Of a DNA stretch of 64,000 bases, positions 1 through 12,182 are shown piece after piece. Below the pieces are notes generated by a model. The model ran no database searches. It was not told the origin of the DNA and saw only the letters and a list, made by a program, of their open reading frames with translations. Numbering within the stretch: the stretch's first letter is position 1; every line of letters begins with the position of its first letter. The DNA comes from Octopus sinensis. Lineage: Eukaryota. The stretch is taken from contig NC_043002.1 of assembly GCF_006345805.1 (NCBI RefSeq), positions 682,001-746,000 on the forward strand, written 5' to 3'. The translations under genes were made by a program, and so were the position numbers.

Positions 1-2620
1 AATGGAATTAAAAATTATATTCACTTGGTAAAACGAACACTACTTAAAAATTATGAATGAAACAATGCAATAAAACAACAGACATCGCAAATAGACACAA
101 ATTACTACGAATTCCGTAACAAACCTACCATGATAAACCAAAACTCATAAAAACATATAATGATAAAATCTCCCTTTACTAAACTCTATAACATACCTAT
201 ATAGCAATCCCCCTAACCTAAACATTCACACACAAATACACACACGTAAACCACACACCCACGACATATACAAATACCCACACCACTTACACATACCTAT
301 ACATACATATAAACCTCAACATATACTCCAAAAACCCACTCAACCCCACACAGACAATAAACACAAAAATTATGAATGGATTCTTTTATAAAACTACCAT
401 GATAAGCTAAAACTCACAAAACATAAATGATAAAACCTCCCTTTACTAAACACTATAACATACTTATATAGCAATCCCTTTAACCTATACATTCACACAC
501 AAATACACACACGTAAACCACACACCCATAACAAATACAAACACCCACCCCACTCACACACACCCACAAGTACATATAAGCCTCAACATATACACCAAAC
601 AAAATTACTTTACCAAGGAACTTAACATATGTATAAAAAGTATAACCGCTCTGGAAACGAACATCTTTTAAAATAATGAATGGAGAAATGGAATAAATGG
701 AATTAAAAATAATATTCACGTGGCAAAACGAACACCACTCAAAAATTATGAATGAAACAATGTAATAAAACAACCAACATCGAAAATAGACAAATTACCA
801 CGAATTCCCTAAAAAAACCATGATAAACCAAAACTCTTAAAAACATATAACGATAAAATCTCCCTTTGCTAAACTCTATAACAAACCTATATAGCAATCC
901 CCCTAACCTAAACATTCACACACAAATACACACACGTAAACCACAGACCCACGACTTATACACATACCTATACTAACTTATAAACCTCAATATACACCAC
1001 TCCCTCCCCACACAGACAAATTAACACATACATCCCAAAACCTAAATAACAAACCCATATACACATTCACACACAAACACACACACACGCAAAACACACA
1101 CACACACAACAGATACATATACTCCCTCACATATACGCATATACATACTCACTAAACTCGATATATACAACAATATTTACACACCCACACTCATACAGAT
1201 AAATAAATTATACAACTAAAAACTCACACACAATCTCATATACATAAACACTCCTATGAAAAACAACATTAAATACATCGTAATTAACCAGAATATCAAA
1301 AATAACAATATGACATAAGGAGAAATAAAATACATACTTACAAGTCAGTTTCAAATTATGAAGTGAAATTAAATTCTTAGCCGTTAAAAAAATCAAACCA
1401 AAATTACGTTACCATAGAAATATAACTTATGTAAAAAAAGAATACGCACCATGGAAAGTAAACGTCATTTAAAATTATGAATGGAGAAATAGAATAAATG
1501 GAACTAAAAACTATATCCACGTGGCAAACCAACACTACTTAAAAAAAAAAAAAAAAAAAAAATTATTATGAATGGATTCTTTAAAAAACTACCATGATAA
1601 ATTATTATATACATTTATGAGCTTTAGCTCATCTTAGCAGCTCTAACAAACAACTTGCAGTAACCCAAATCTATTCTCGATGCCTGCCTTACTACTACAC
1701 TATTCCATTCACAATTCCAAGCAACGCTAGTCCACCACCCGGTTACAATTCCCAACTCCACCCGTTCATTCACAATTTCAATGACGTTCGCCTCCACAGC
1801 GCTACATATAAGCCTCAACATATACACCGGAGATTCACTTTCACATCCGTGCGGATGGGTGAGAGTATACATTGAGTGTAGTGATGGGGCTCCCATTACT
1901 ATACACATTTGTACCTGTGTGGTAGTCTCCATGTGTATATTCACGCACGGGTATAAATGCAGGGGGTACACGCGCACGTCATGTGCGTGTACCCCCTCAC
2001 ATGTACATATGCATGCTATTTGGGCTCGATATGTGCAACAATGTAATCGCGCCCGCATACATGCATATGGGCGAGTTGCACAATCAAAATATGCACACGT
2101 GTGTGTGTGCGTTCCCTGGTTGTGCAATTCACCCATCTGGGTGTGAGTGGGTGTAAGCGTATTGCTGTGGATGTCGAGCTTGATACGTATGTATATGAGT
2201 GTGTATTGGGGGGTTGTACGTATTTATTGTGTGCATGTGCTTCACGCACGTGCGTCCATGTATGGATGAATATATTGGGATTGCTATGTGGGTGTAAATT
2301 GGGTATGGAGGGGGGAGTTTTGTCATTGTATGGGTGTGGGTTTCATTTGTGAAGGTGGTTAGTTGGTGATTTTTGGTATGTTCTGTATATTTGGGTTAGT
2401 TATGTATTATTCTAGTGTGTATAATTGTATACATATGATTGGTGTGAGTGGGATTACGCCCATTTTTGGGGATGTATGTGTTTATTTGTCCGTATGGGGC
2501 GGGAGTGGCCGTTTGGTGTATATGTTGAGGCTCACATGCAATTCCAGGTACGCGCGAATGAAGTGGGCACTTATATTTGTTATGGGTGTGTTTACTTTAT
2601 TATAACAGACAATACCCAAA
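1..2620. repeat. Diverged modular tandem repeat (about 700-800-bp units) with an inverted arm; foldback-like region
   Basis: AATGGAA(T/C)TAAAAA...CACxTGG recurs at about 1, 696 and 1497. CCATGATAA...CTCCCTTT...TATAGCAATCCC recurs at about 130, 398 and 820. About 2465-2540 is the reverse complement of modules at about 575-595 and 975-1040. Confidence 0.65.
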
Positions 2621-2645
2621 TAAAATCTGTCAATTCCCTAATATT

Positions 2646-2690
<45 letters not shown>

Positions 2691-2806
2691 GAAGGTTTGA
2701 AAATGCAGTTTTAAAGATGTTTATTCACTTGACTGGTTTCACATTTTTAGAAAAAGATTGTCAAAAGTAAAATGTAAAGCTTTGTATAAGCTTTGTTGTG
2801 CTAAGT

Positions 2807-5800
2807 CATCATCATCATCATCATCGTTTAACGTCCGCTTTCCATGCTAGCATGGGTTGGACGATATGACTGAGGACTGGCAAACCAGATGATTGCACCA
2901 GGCTCCAATCTTGATCTGGCAGAGTTTCTACAACTGGATGCTCTTCCTAACACCAACCACTCCAAGAATGTAGTGGGTGCTTTTATGTACCACCAGCACG
3001 AGGGCCAGTCAGGTGGTACTGGCAACAGCCACGCTCAAATGGTGTTTTTTATGTGCCACCTGCACAGGAACCACTCCAGCGGTACTGGCAACGACCTTGC
3101 TCAAATGTTTTTTCAAATGCTACTGGCACAAGTACCAGTAAGACGACTTCACAGAAGCCAGTTAGCTGCTCTGGCAACAATCATGCTCGGATGGTGCTCT
3201 TAGCGCTCCACTAGCACAGATGCCAGCCATCGAATTTGATTTCGATTTCAATTTCACTTTCCTCAACAGGTCTTTCCAAGCAGAGTTTAGTGTCCAATGA
3301 AGGAAAGGTACACATAAGTGGGCTGGTTACACCACTGGCATAGGCCACAGGTTATGGTCTCACTTGGCTTGCCTGGTCTTCTCACGCACAGCATATTTCC
3401 AAAGGTCTTGGTCACTAGTCATTGCCTCGGTGAGGCCCAATGTTCGAAGGTCGTGCTTCACCACCTCATCCCAGGTCTTCCTGGGTCTACCTCTTGCACA
3501 GGTTCCCTCAACCGCTAGGGTGTGACACTTTTTCCCAAGGCTATCCTCAACCATTCTTGCCACATGACCATACCAGCGCAGTCATCTCCCTTGCACAACA
3601 CATCTGATGCTTCTTAGGTCCAACTTTTCTCTCAAGGTACTTACACTCTGTCGAGTATGCACACTGACATTACACATCCATCGGAGCATACTGGCTTCAT
3701 TCCTTGTGAGCTTACACATGGCCTCAGCAGTCATGGCCTATGTTTCACTACCATGTAGCATGGTTGTTTGTACACACGCATCATACAGTCTGCCTTTTAC
3801 TCTGAGCGAGAGGCCCTTTGTCACCAGCAGAGGTAAGAGCTCTCTGAACTTTGCCCAGGCTATTCTTATTCTAGCAGCTACACTTTCAGCGCACCCTCCC
3901 CCGCTACTGACTTGGTTACCTAGATAATGGAAGCTATCAACTACGTCTAGTTTTTCTGCCTGGAATGTGATGGAAGTTGTTCTCAGCACATTTTCAGTGT
4001 TTATCCCTCCCGAGCAGCTGCCACATACAAAATCTTTCTTCCCAGTTAGCCTTCCTTTGATATTGCTGCACCTCTTATGTGTTCATAACTTACACTTGGT
4101 ACATCTTATAAAGTTTCTACCCACGCCTCTACTACAGATCGAGCAGAGCCATCTACCTGAAGGGATTTGTGGTTTGCCTGCCTTCCTACTTATTAGGACT
4201 TTGGTTTTAGCTAGGCTGATTCTAAGGCCCTTCGACTCTAATCCTTGTCTCCACACTCGAAACTTTGCCTCTAGTTCTGATAGTGACTCAGCAATTAGAG
4301 CAAGGTCATCAGCTTAGAGGAGCTCCCAGGGGCATCCTGTCTTGAATTCTTCCGTTATTGCCTGGAGGGCTATGATAAATAGGAGGGGGATGAGGACTGA
4401 ACCTTGGTGGTCACCAACCTCTACCCGGAATTCTTCACTGGACTCGTTGCCAACCCTCACTTTACTTACAGCATCCCTGTACATGGCTCGCACAGCTCTC
4501 ACTAACCATTCATCTATCCCTAGTTTCCTCATTGACCACCAGATAAGGGATCGGGGGACCCTGTCAAAGGCTTTCTCCATGTCAATGAAAGCCAGGTACA
4601 GAGACTTATCTTTGGCTAGGTATTTCAGTTGATACCATCTCTGGCAAGGGTTTTGAAATAAAACCAAGAAGAAGTTCCAGACACCCAGCTGAGTACTTGA
4701 CAGACACTGACTTTGCTGACGACATCGCTCTTATCAGTGATTCTCTCTCCAATGCCCAGTCTCTTTTACAATCTCTTGAACAAGCCTCAAATTGTGTAGG
4801 TCTTTACCTCAATGAGACCAAAACTGAATACATAAACAAGTGCCTGTCTAACAGTGATTGCATCATCCATACTCTCAACAATGCGCCCTTAAATATGGTT
4901 TCTGATTATAAATATCTTGGGTCATACATATCATCATCTGGAAAAGACTTTCTAACTAGAAAGGGTATGGCCTGGTCAGCCTGTAATGACATGCATAAGA
5001 TCTGGTCATCAAATCTAAGTAGAGACTTCAAACTTGAAATATTCAAAGCCACAGTCGAACCAATCCTACTATATGGCTCAGAAACCTGGACGTTATCAAA
5101 GAATCTTGAGAGGCGGTTGGATGGAACCTACACTCGCCTCCTTATGAGAGCTCAAAATCTCTCGTGGAAGCGCCATCCAACTAAAATGCAAATATATGGG
5201 AAATTACCACCTGTGTCATTTCTTCTGAAAGGTAGGAGAGTCCAGTTTGCTGGACATTGTTGTAGAACTGAAAAAGAAGTAATTTCTGCTCTTCTCCTCT
5301 GGAAGCCATCTACTCGCAACACCAGAGGGCGCACACTCTCCTACCCTGATGTAATCTCCAGGGATACAGGCATCCAGCAACAGGACCTCCATAATGCTAT
5401 GATGGACCGTGAAGTCTGGCGCAACATGGTAAATTCCATTGTCTCGACCACGGTCGAACAATGATGATGATGATGATGAGGTATTTCTCCTGCAGCTGTC
5501 TTACCAGGAATATAGCATCAGTGGTGCTTTTGCCTGGCACGAACCCAAACTGCATTTCATCCAAGCTGACTCTCTCCCTAATCAGTTGGGCTATGACCCT
5601 CTCCGTAACCTTCATTACCTGATCCAACAGCTTGATACCTCTGTAATTATTCGTATCGAATGCATCTCCTTTACCTTTGTAGCAGTTGACTAGTATGCTG
5701 CTACACCAGTCATTGGGTATGACTCCTTCGTGTATCACCTGGTTAACTATACGGGTGACTAGGTTATAGCCGACACTGCCAGATATTTTGAGCATCTCTG

Positions 5801-6207
5801 CAGTGATTCCTGATGGGCCTGGGGCTTTCCCTGTCTTCATGCTTCTAATTGCTTTAACTACTAAGGAACTGTCAACTCGGATAGCTGGTCCCTCTGTTGG
5901 GTCAACATTTGGCAGACTCTCTTTATCCCATTCATTTTCCTTATTCAGCAACCTTTCATAGTGGCGTCTCCAAACCTCTCTCTTTGCATCCTCATTCAGC
6001 GCAAGTGAACCATCATCCATGCGAACACATTTCTCACCTACCACATCACGATTCTCTCTCACACACTGTCTTGCAACACGAAATACCTCAAGTCTTTGGT
6101 CCTCACGGCGCAGAACATTGGCAAATTTTTTCTTATCTGCTTCCCCTCTGGCTAAATAAACCTGCCTCCTAGCTTCCCTCCTGGCAGTCTGATACACTTC
6201 CCTGCTA
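2807..6207 (-). mobile_element. RTE-clade LINE, 5'-truncated and degenerate, interrupted by an insertion at 4627-5478
   Basis: Minus-strand ORFs contain NYRGIKLLDQVMK, QFGFVPGKSTTDAIF, FIDMEKAFDRVP and HQGSVL, with a C-terminal RGRPRKTW. (CAT)n tail at 2807. Confidence 0.93.
4627..5478 (+). mobile_element. Second RTE-group (RTEX-like) LINE 3' fragment nested in the RTE above
   Basis: ORF 4697-5464 contains DFADDIAL, YKYLGSYI and LLYGSETW, followed by a (GAT)n tail. 9-bp TSD AGGTATTTC at 4618-4626 and 5479-5487. Confidence 0.9.
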
Positions 6208-6213
6208 ATGTAT

Positions 6214-6283
<70 letters not shown>

Positions 6284-6376
6284 TGTATGTATACATACAT
6301 ACATACATACATACATACATACATACATACATACATACATACATAATATATATATATATATTATATATATATATAT

Positions 6377-6570
6377 CATCAGCATCATATCATCATCATC
6401 ATCATTTAACATCCGTTTTCCATGCTGGCATGGGTTGGATGATTTGACTAAGGACTGGCGAATCAGATGGCTGCACCATGCTGCAATCTTGACCTGGCAA
6501 AGTTTCCTAATGCCAACCACTAGTGGGTGCTTTTACGTGTCACCGTCACAAGGGCCAGTCAGGTGGTACA
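6377..6570 (-). mobile_element. RTE 3'-UTR/tail fragment
   Basis: (CAT)n followed by TTTAACATCCGTTTTCCATGCTGGCATGGGTTGG, the same terminus as the long RTE copies. Confidence 0.85.
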
Positions 6571-7249
6571 CACTTAACATCTATATACCTATATATAGTT
6601 TATAAATTAATGGTAAGAGTAACAACAAGAAGGGAGAGTGAAGACAAAAATAATTTACTCGTTTAACATTCAATGAAACATTAAGAAATTAGAAATCTGT
6701 TTGATGTTTGAAACTGAATCTTTTGTTTGGTAAGTTTAATAGGAGGAAAAGTGTAGCGGAATGAAGAGAAAATCAGAAATAACAGGGAAATGTGCAATGG
6801 CCTGAATAAGTTCCGACTGAAAATAATAGAGGCATGAAGTGCTCTACATTTCAAGAGGGTGTACTTGAGAAAATCAAGGCATTGTTACAGTAGAAATGTA
6901 TACAGAATAATAATGACACACTTGCTGTCACTGATCCTGATAAGAAAGGGGCACAAACGGGCTATTATGAGAGCGAGGAGTGGGGGTGAAGAATGCATGA
7001 AGGGGGGGGGGTGAAGAATGCATGAAGGGGGGGGTGGACGAGGATTGTCACTGGAATAGAAAACTGGGTGTGACAGGAAAGTGTCAAATCTTATGACAGG
7101 CACTCTACTACTATTGTAAGGTGGGACAAGGTCAAAAGAGATTAAATATAGATTGTCAGACCAGGTTATGAGGATTAGAGAAAGGGTTATTGCAAAACTG
7201 ATTAGGGACAAGATTTGATGAGATGCAGTTTGGTTTTTTTATTGCAGAA

Positions 7250-8250
7250 AGAGGCAAATTTTTGCAAATCTTCTACATTCAAGGCCAATGTCTCACTACC
7301 ATAGAGCCTCACAGTCTGGACACAAGGATCAGAAGCCCTTTGTTGCAATCAGAGCTAATAGTTCCTTGAACTTTTCCAACTTGTTCTTGCCCTAGTTGCT
7401 ATACTTTCACAACACCCAACTCAGGAATAAAAGCCATCAACAACAACCAGACAATTCCCAAAAGTAGTTGAGGGATATTTGAGAGGATCTATGTGTTTTT
7501 ATAACGTTTGCGCTTCCTGTGTTTATGAAGTCTTCATTAATCTTGTAATTCCACTTTGAAACTTCCATGATCATAGTTTACACTTGGTAAACTCTGTGGA
7601 ATTTCTACTTTCCTTTTTTGCATACTGAGCACAACCATTGCCCTGATGGCAGCTGAATCTGTCTTCTTTCTTATTTCTTTTGAAGTTTTTCAGTTCCAAG
7701 TTTTGCTGCTATGTCTGGAATTTCTGTAAACCTACTACAGATTCAGTATGAAGGTGCTATCATGGACAAGCAGTCTTAAACTCCTCTGTTAAAGCCTGAA
7801 TACTGTAATAAACAGGTGGGAGTTAAGAACTGAGCCCTGGTCACCCTCTGCAAATGTTCAAGGGCCCACACAAACCATTCACCTAATCCTAGTTTCCTTA
7901 GCAACTACCAGATTATAGTGTGGAACCTGGTCAAAGATCTTCTTCAAGTCAATAAATGCTAGAAAGCAGTAACTTTTTCCCAGTTGAAGTTCTGTGGTTG
8001 TCTCAGTAGAAACAGGACATTGATAGTATCTCTTGTTGGTGCATAACCAATTTTTTTCAATCTATATTTTGGTCAATTCTCTTCTTAATCAGCAGCTTCC
8101 TTGATTTCTTCAATCCAGTTGATGCCACTGTAATCTTCCTTGCCCTTGTAACAGTTGATGATGATGATGGTGGTGATGCTACTATACTAATCATTGGATA
8201 TGACATCTTCCAGACTGACAGGAACTCAACCCTACCTTGTCAGATATTTT
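7250..8250 (-). mobile_element. Old, highly degenerate RTE RT-region remnant
   Basis: Patchy similarity to the RT region of younger copies (e.g. CCTTGCCCTTGTAACAGTTGA, TCATTGGATATGAC). Confidence 0.5.
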
Positions 8251-9520
8251 AAACAACTCACTGGCAATACCTGACAATCCAGTTAACTTCATATCCCCAA
8301 TTTCTCCATTTGTCAAGTTGCTGTCAACTCAATGGTTGATCCTTCTGTTGTATCTACTAGGGGGTAGCCCCCACCCCTGCCTCTCTCTCTCTCTCTCTCT
8401 CTTGTTTTGTCTTTCTTTTTTGTTTCTCCTCTTCTTTACCAGAACCAAAGTCTTTCCTCTTCTCCTTACTTAATATCGATTTCTGTTACCCCTTTACTTC
8501 CTTACAGCAAATTTTTAGGGCTCAAACTACAGAACTGTTCCACCACCACCACCACATCACTGAATGTTTATGTGTGTGTGCATGTATGTATGTGTGAGTG
8601 TGTGAGTGTGTGTATGCTTTAAAAATTGAAAAATTAAAATACCAGTTTTATTGCCACTTTTAGCTATTTTAATGATTCCTTGATATTAAATCATTTGAAA
8701 TTAAATATTTTAATATTTTACCTCCATAATTAACTGGCTTGGAACATTTTGCATGTTCGTCTTTGGTGAACAGTTAACTTTTCAAAGTTAGTGTAAGACT
8801 CCTGAAATACACAGATTTATGGGAAAATATTAAACTCTTGGTGACAATAAAATGTGTCCAGCAAATGAAACTTTAGCAATTAATATGAATGTGATTGTAT
8901 GAGTTGCAGTGTGATTGTGTCCTTTGTTAAATGAAGCCAGGATCGATATTAATAAACAAATTGAAAGACCTTAAAAAAAGGGGAGTTAAAACAATTGCTT
9001 TCTAATGATTGTCATAACTAAATACAATAGGAAATACTTCAACAAAATTATGTAAAAGAATATTTTATTGATGAAGATGCAAGTGTAAGGACAGGACAAT
9101 TTCTGAATAGAAAATAGAAAAGTTAGAAGATAACATAGAGCAATCCATAAATAGAAGCAAATGCAGAAATGTCAAATACTTTCTTCTTGTTTGAATATCT
9201 TCAATGTTAAGACTAGAAACATTGAATTTTGAAGGGACACACACACACACACACACACAGGATGTTTATGCTTGCAAAATACAAGACAGAGTTCATATGG
9301 AAATTTCCCACATCATAAAATGGTTTTGTTTCATTCTGCTTCAATCAGTTATTGAACTCATTCTTTTACAAGTTTTTTTTTTTTCATTATATCAGGAAAA
9401 TGGGTTTGGAAGGGCTTATTCTGATGTTTTTATTCATGGGGCTTAGATGTTTTTTGTATTTTTCATTAGTAAATAGTTTTCGCCATTTTCATTGATAATT
9501 TATTCTATTGTTTACACTAA

Positions 9521-9932
9521 GGCGCAGGAGTGGCTGTGTGGTAAGTAGCTTGCTAACCAACCACATGGTTCCAGGTTCAGTCCCACTGCGTGGCATCTTG
9601 GGCAAGTGTCTTCTGCTATAGCCCCGGGCCTTGTGAGTGGATTTGGTAGACGGAAACTGAAAGAAGCCTGTCGTATATATGTATATATATATGTGTGTGT
9701 ATGTGTGTGTGTTTGTGTGTCTGTGTTTGTCCCCCTAGCATTGCTTGACAACCGATGCTGGTGTGTTTACGTCCCCGTCACTTAGCGGTTCGGCAAAAGA
9801 GACCGATAGAATAAGTACTGGGCTTACAAAGAATAAGTCCTGGGGTCGATTTGCTCGACTAAAGGCGGTGCTCCAGCATGGCCGCAGTCAAATGACTGAA
9901 ACAAATAAAAGAGTAAAAGAGTAAAAAGAGTA
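9521..9932 (+). mobile_element. tRNA-derived SINE (CORE-like, octopus type), full length
   Basis: A-box-like TGGCTGTGTGG, B-box-like GGTTCAGTCCC, CORE-like TTGGGCAAGTGTCTT, 3' GGTGCTCCAGCATGGCCGCAGTCAAATGACTGAAAC and an (AAAAGAGT)n tail. Confidence 0.88.
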
Positions 9933-10656
9933 AGTCTTCAGGCGTTTAATTTTTATAAACACTAAGACCTATATATTTTTTTACGTTTAAAATTCAGTTA
10001 TATTATTTTCATCGACAAGCTAAGTAACGGTTTTTGCTTATAAATATTATTTGGCTTTTGAATTATATTGGGTTTGATTATTATTGTTATTATTATTGTT
10101 GTTGAAATATTATCATTTTTATATATATTGATAGTTATAAGTTATGATAGTTATCAATTGTGATATCTATTTATTTAGAATGCTTTATTATTATTTTTAT
10201 AAAGGGATTTAACGTATTACATATAATTTAATTTGAGAATTAGGTTTGTTAGACAATACATTATTTAATAATTAGGTGGTATATTTATCAAGTAGTATTA
10301 CATTTAAGTAAATTAGTTTTTATATTAATTGATATTTTGGTCAACTATATTATTAAGTGATATATTAAATCTATAGATACTACATATATATTAATTATAT
10401 AGTTAGTTTATATAATAGGTGTGTCTATATTTGAACCATTTCTTATTTTTGATTCCAGTATTTATGGCTTGTACTAGCATTGTGTATATTAATTAATATT
10501 AAGGTTTTTAGTATTAATTGCTTAATGGGTATTAGACTTTATTTGGATGTTTATTAAAATATATTAATTAATAATTTGATTTAATGTATAGAGTTTAAAG
10601 TGTAGTATTTAGTTTTCACTTAATGTATATTTTGTATCTTATATATATATATATAT

Positions 10657-10870
10657 ATCTGAGAGAAGTTTTCTTAAAGTAGTGGAAATGGCTAGAAACT
10701 TTTGGGCTGCTATTTCTAGAAAGTTCAGTATGTGGCAAAGTAATTTATTTTACTAAGCCCTAATTATATAATGTAATATTTTGAATTCGCCTTAAATGGT
10801 CCTTTTACATACTGAACACTACTTGGTGAAATTGATTAATAACTAATTAATTTTACCCTCAATTGTTGAT
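10657..10870. mobile_element. Partial copy (one arm plus part of the interior) of the long-TIR element at 15961-16428
   Basis: Closely matches about 16218-16428. Flanked by (TA)n and (GATA)n. Confidence 0.85.
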
Positions 10871-10873
10871 ACT

Positions 10874-10920
<47 letters not shown>

Positions 10921-11010
10921 TAGATATCTATTTTAAAGAATATATTTATCTCTTTAAAAGATTATTTACGTATATTTATTAATTAATTATTTTATTATTG
11001 TAGTTATCTT

Positions 11011-11114
11011 TAACCTGATGAGTGGCCATATTTATATTGGAGTGATATTACAACTACTACTAATATTTTTACTATAATCATTTCTTAAATATAGCCACAA
11101 AGCACGTGTCGTTA
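11011..11114 (+). ncRNA. Degenerate type I hammerhead ribozyme with long stem II
   Basis: TAAC-CTGATGA-GTGGCCATATTTA...TAAATATAGCCAC-AAAG-CACGTG-TC-GTTA. All helices pair, but the GAAA core reads AAAG. Confidence 0.7.
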
Positions 11115-11387
11115 TTCTACCAAATATATACGTTTTATTTATTATTTTGCACATTACTTAATCATCGTTATATTTTTTATCTTATATTTAATCTTTCTAT
11201 TATAAGTCATTTTCTAGATGATGTAATTTAATTTTTTATTTTGAATTGATAAAAGATGTTTTTTCTCTAATTTATATATATATATTATGTTTTGTGAAAT
11301 TTGATTTAGTATTTCTAAATTGAATTTTTCCCTGCAAGTCTGGAATAATATTCCCTAATATTATTATTATTATTATTATATATATAT

Positions 11388-12160
11388 CATCATCATCATC
11401 GTTTAATGTCCGTTTTCCATGCTAGCATGGGTTGGATGGTTCGACTGGGATCTGAGAAGCCAGAAGGCTGCACCAGGCTCCAGTCTGATCTGGCAGTGCT
11501 TCTACAGCTGGATGCCCTTCCTAACGCCAACCACTCCGTGAATGTAGTGGGTGCTTTTTACATGCCACCAGCATAGGTGCCAGGCGAGGCTGGCAATGGC
11601 CATGATTGGATTGGTGCTTTTTACGTGCCACCAGCACGGAAGCCAGTCAAGGTGGCGCTGGCATCGGCCACGTTCGGAAGGCTTTTTACATGCCAATGGC
11701 ACAGGCATCACAGCTACAATTTCCATTGATTTTTGATGTTGATATACTTGACTCAATAGGTCTCCTCAAGCACAGGGTTGATACGGTGTCTCTTTACTTG
11801 CCACCTGCACAGGAGTCAGTCCAGCGGTCCTGGAAACTGCCAGGTGCCAGTCAAAGGATTGGTTCAATTTCAATTCAGATTTCACTTGGCCCAACAGGTC
11901 TTCGCAGGTAGAGTTTAGTGTCCAATGAAGGGAGGTTGGCATGGGTGCCAATTGTCAGATGAAGTACGATTTCGAATTCAATTTCGACTTCACTTGCCTC
12001 AACAGGTCTTCGTGTGTCGAAGGAAGGAAAGGCATGCATAAGTGGGCTGGCTACATCTCTGGCAAAGGACATGGGATGGGCTCACTTGCCCTGCCGGGTC
12101 TTCTTATGCACAGCATATTTCCAAAGGTCTCAGTCACTAGTCATTGCCTCGGTGAGGCCT
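11388..12160 (-). mobile_element. RTE 3' fragment(s)
   Basis: (CAT)n tail, conserved 3'-UTR, 2-3 hairpin repeat units and the ORF C-terminus. Confidence 0.88.
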
Positions 12161-12182
12161 ATATATATATATATACATATAC

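Larger units (their letters stand above)
9935..11360 (+). mobile_element. Decayed Penelope-like element region ending in a ribozyme-bearing terminus
   Basis: Very AT-rich. Hammerhead remnant at 11011-11114 is followed by the motif TTTTTCCCTG...ATTCCCTAATATT, shared with 22785-22830 (-) and about 39330-39360. No convincing ORF. Confidence 0.45.

Noticed and set aside
1-1620. Mitochondrial control-region NUMT or viral insertion
   Set aside because: No adjacent tRNA, rRNA or mitochondrial or viral coding sequence, and no recognisable protein motif in any frame.
9521-9595. tRNA gene
   Set aside because: The A/B boxes belong to a SINE head with no complete cloverleaf, and the sequence continues into the SINE body.
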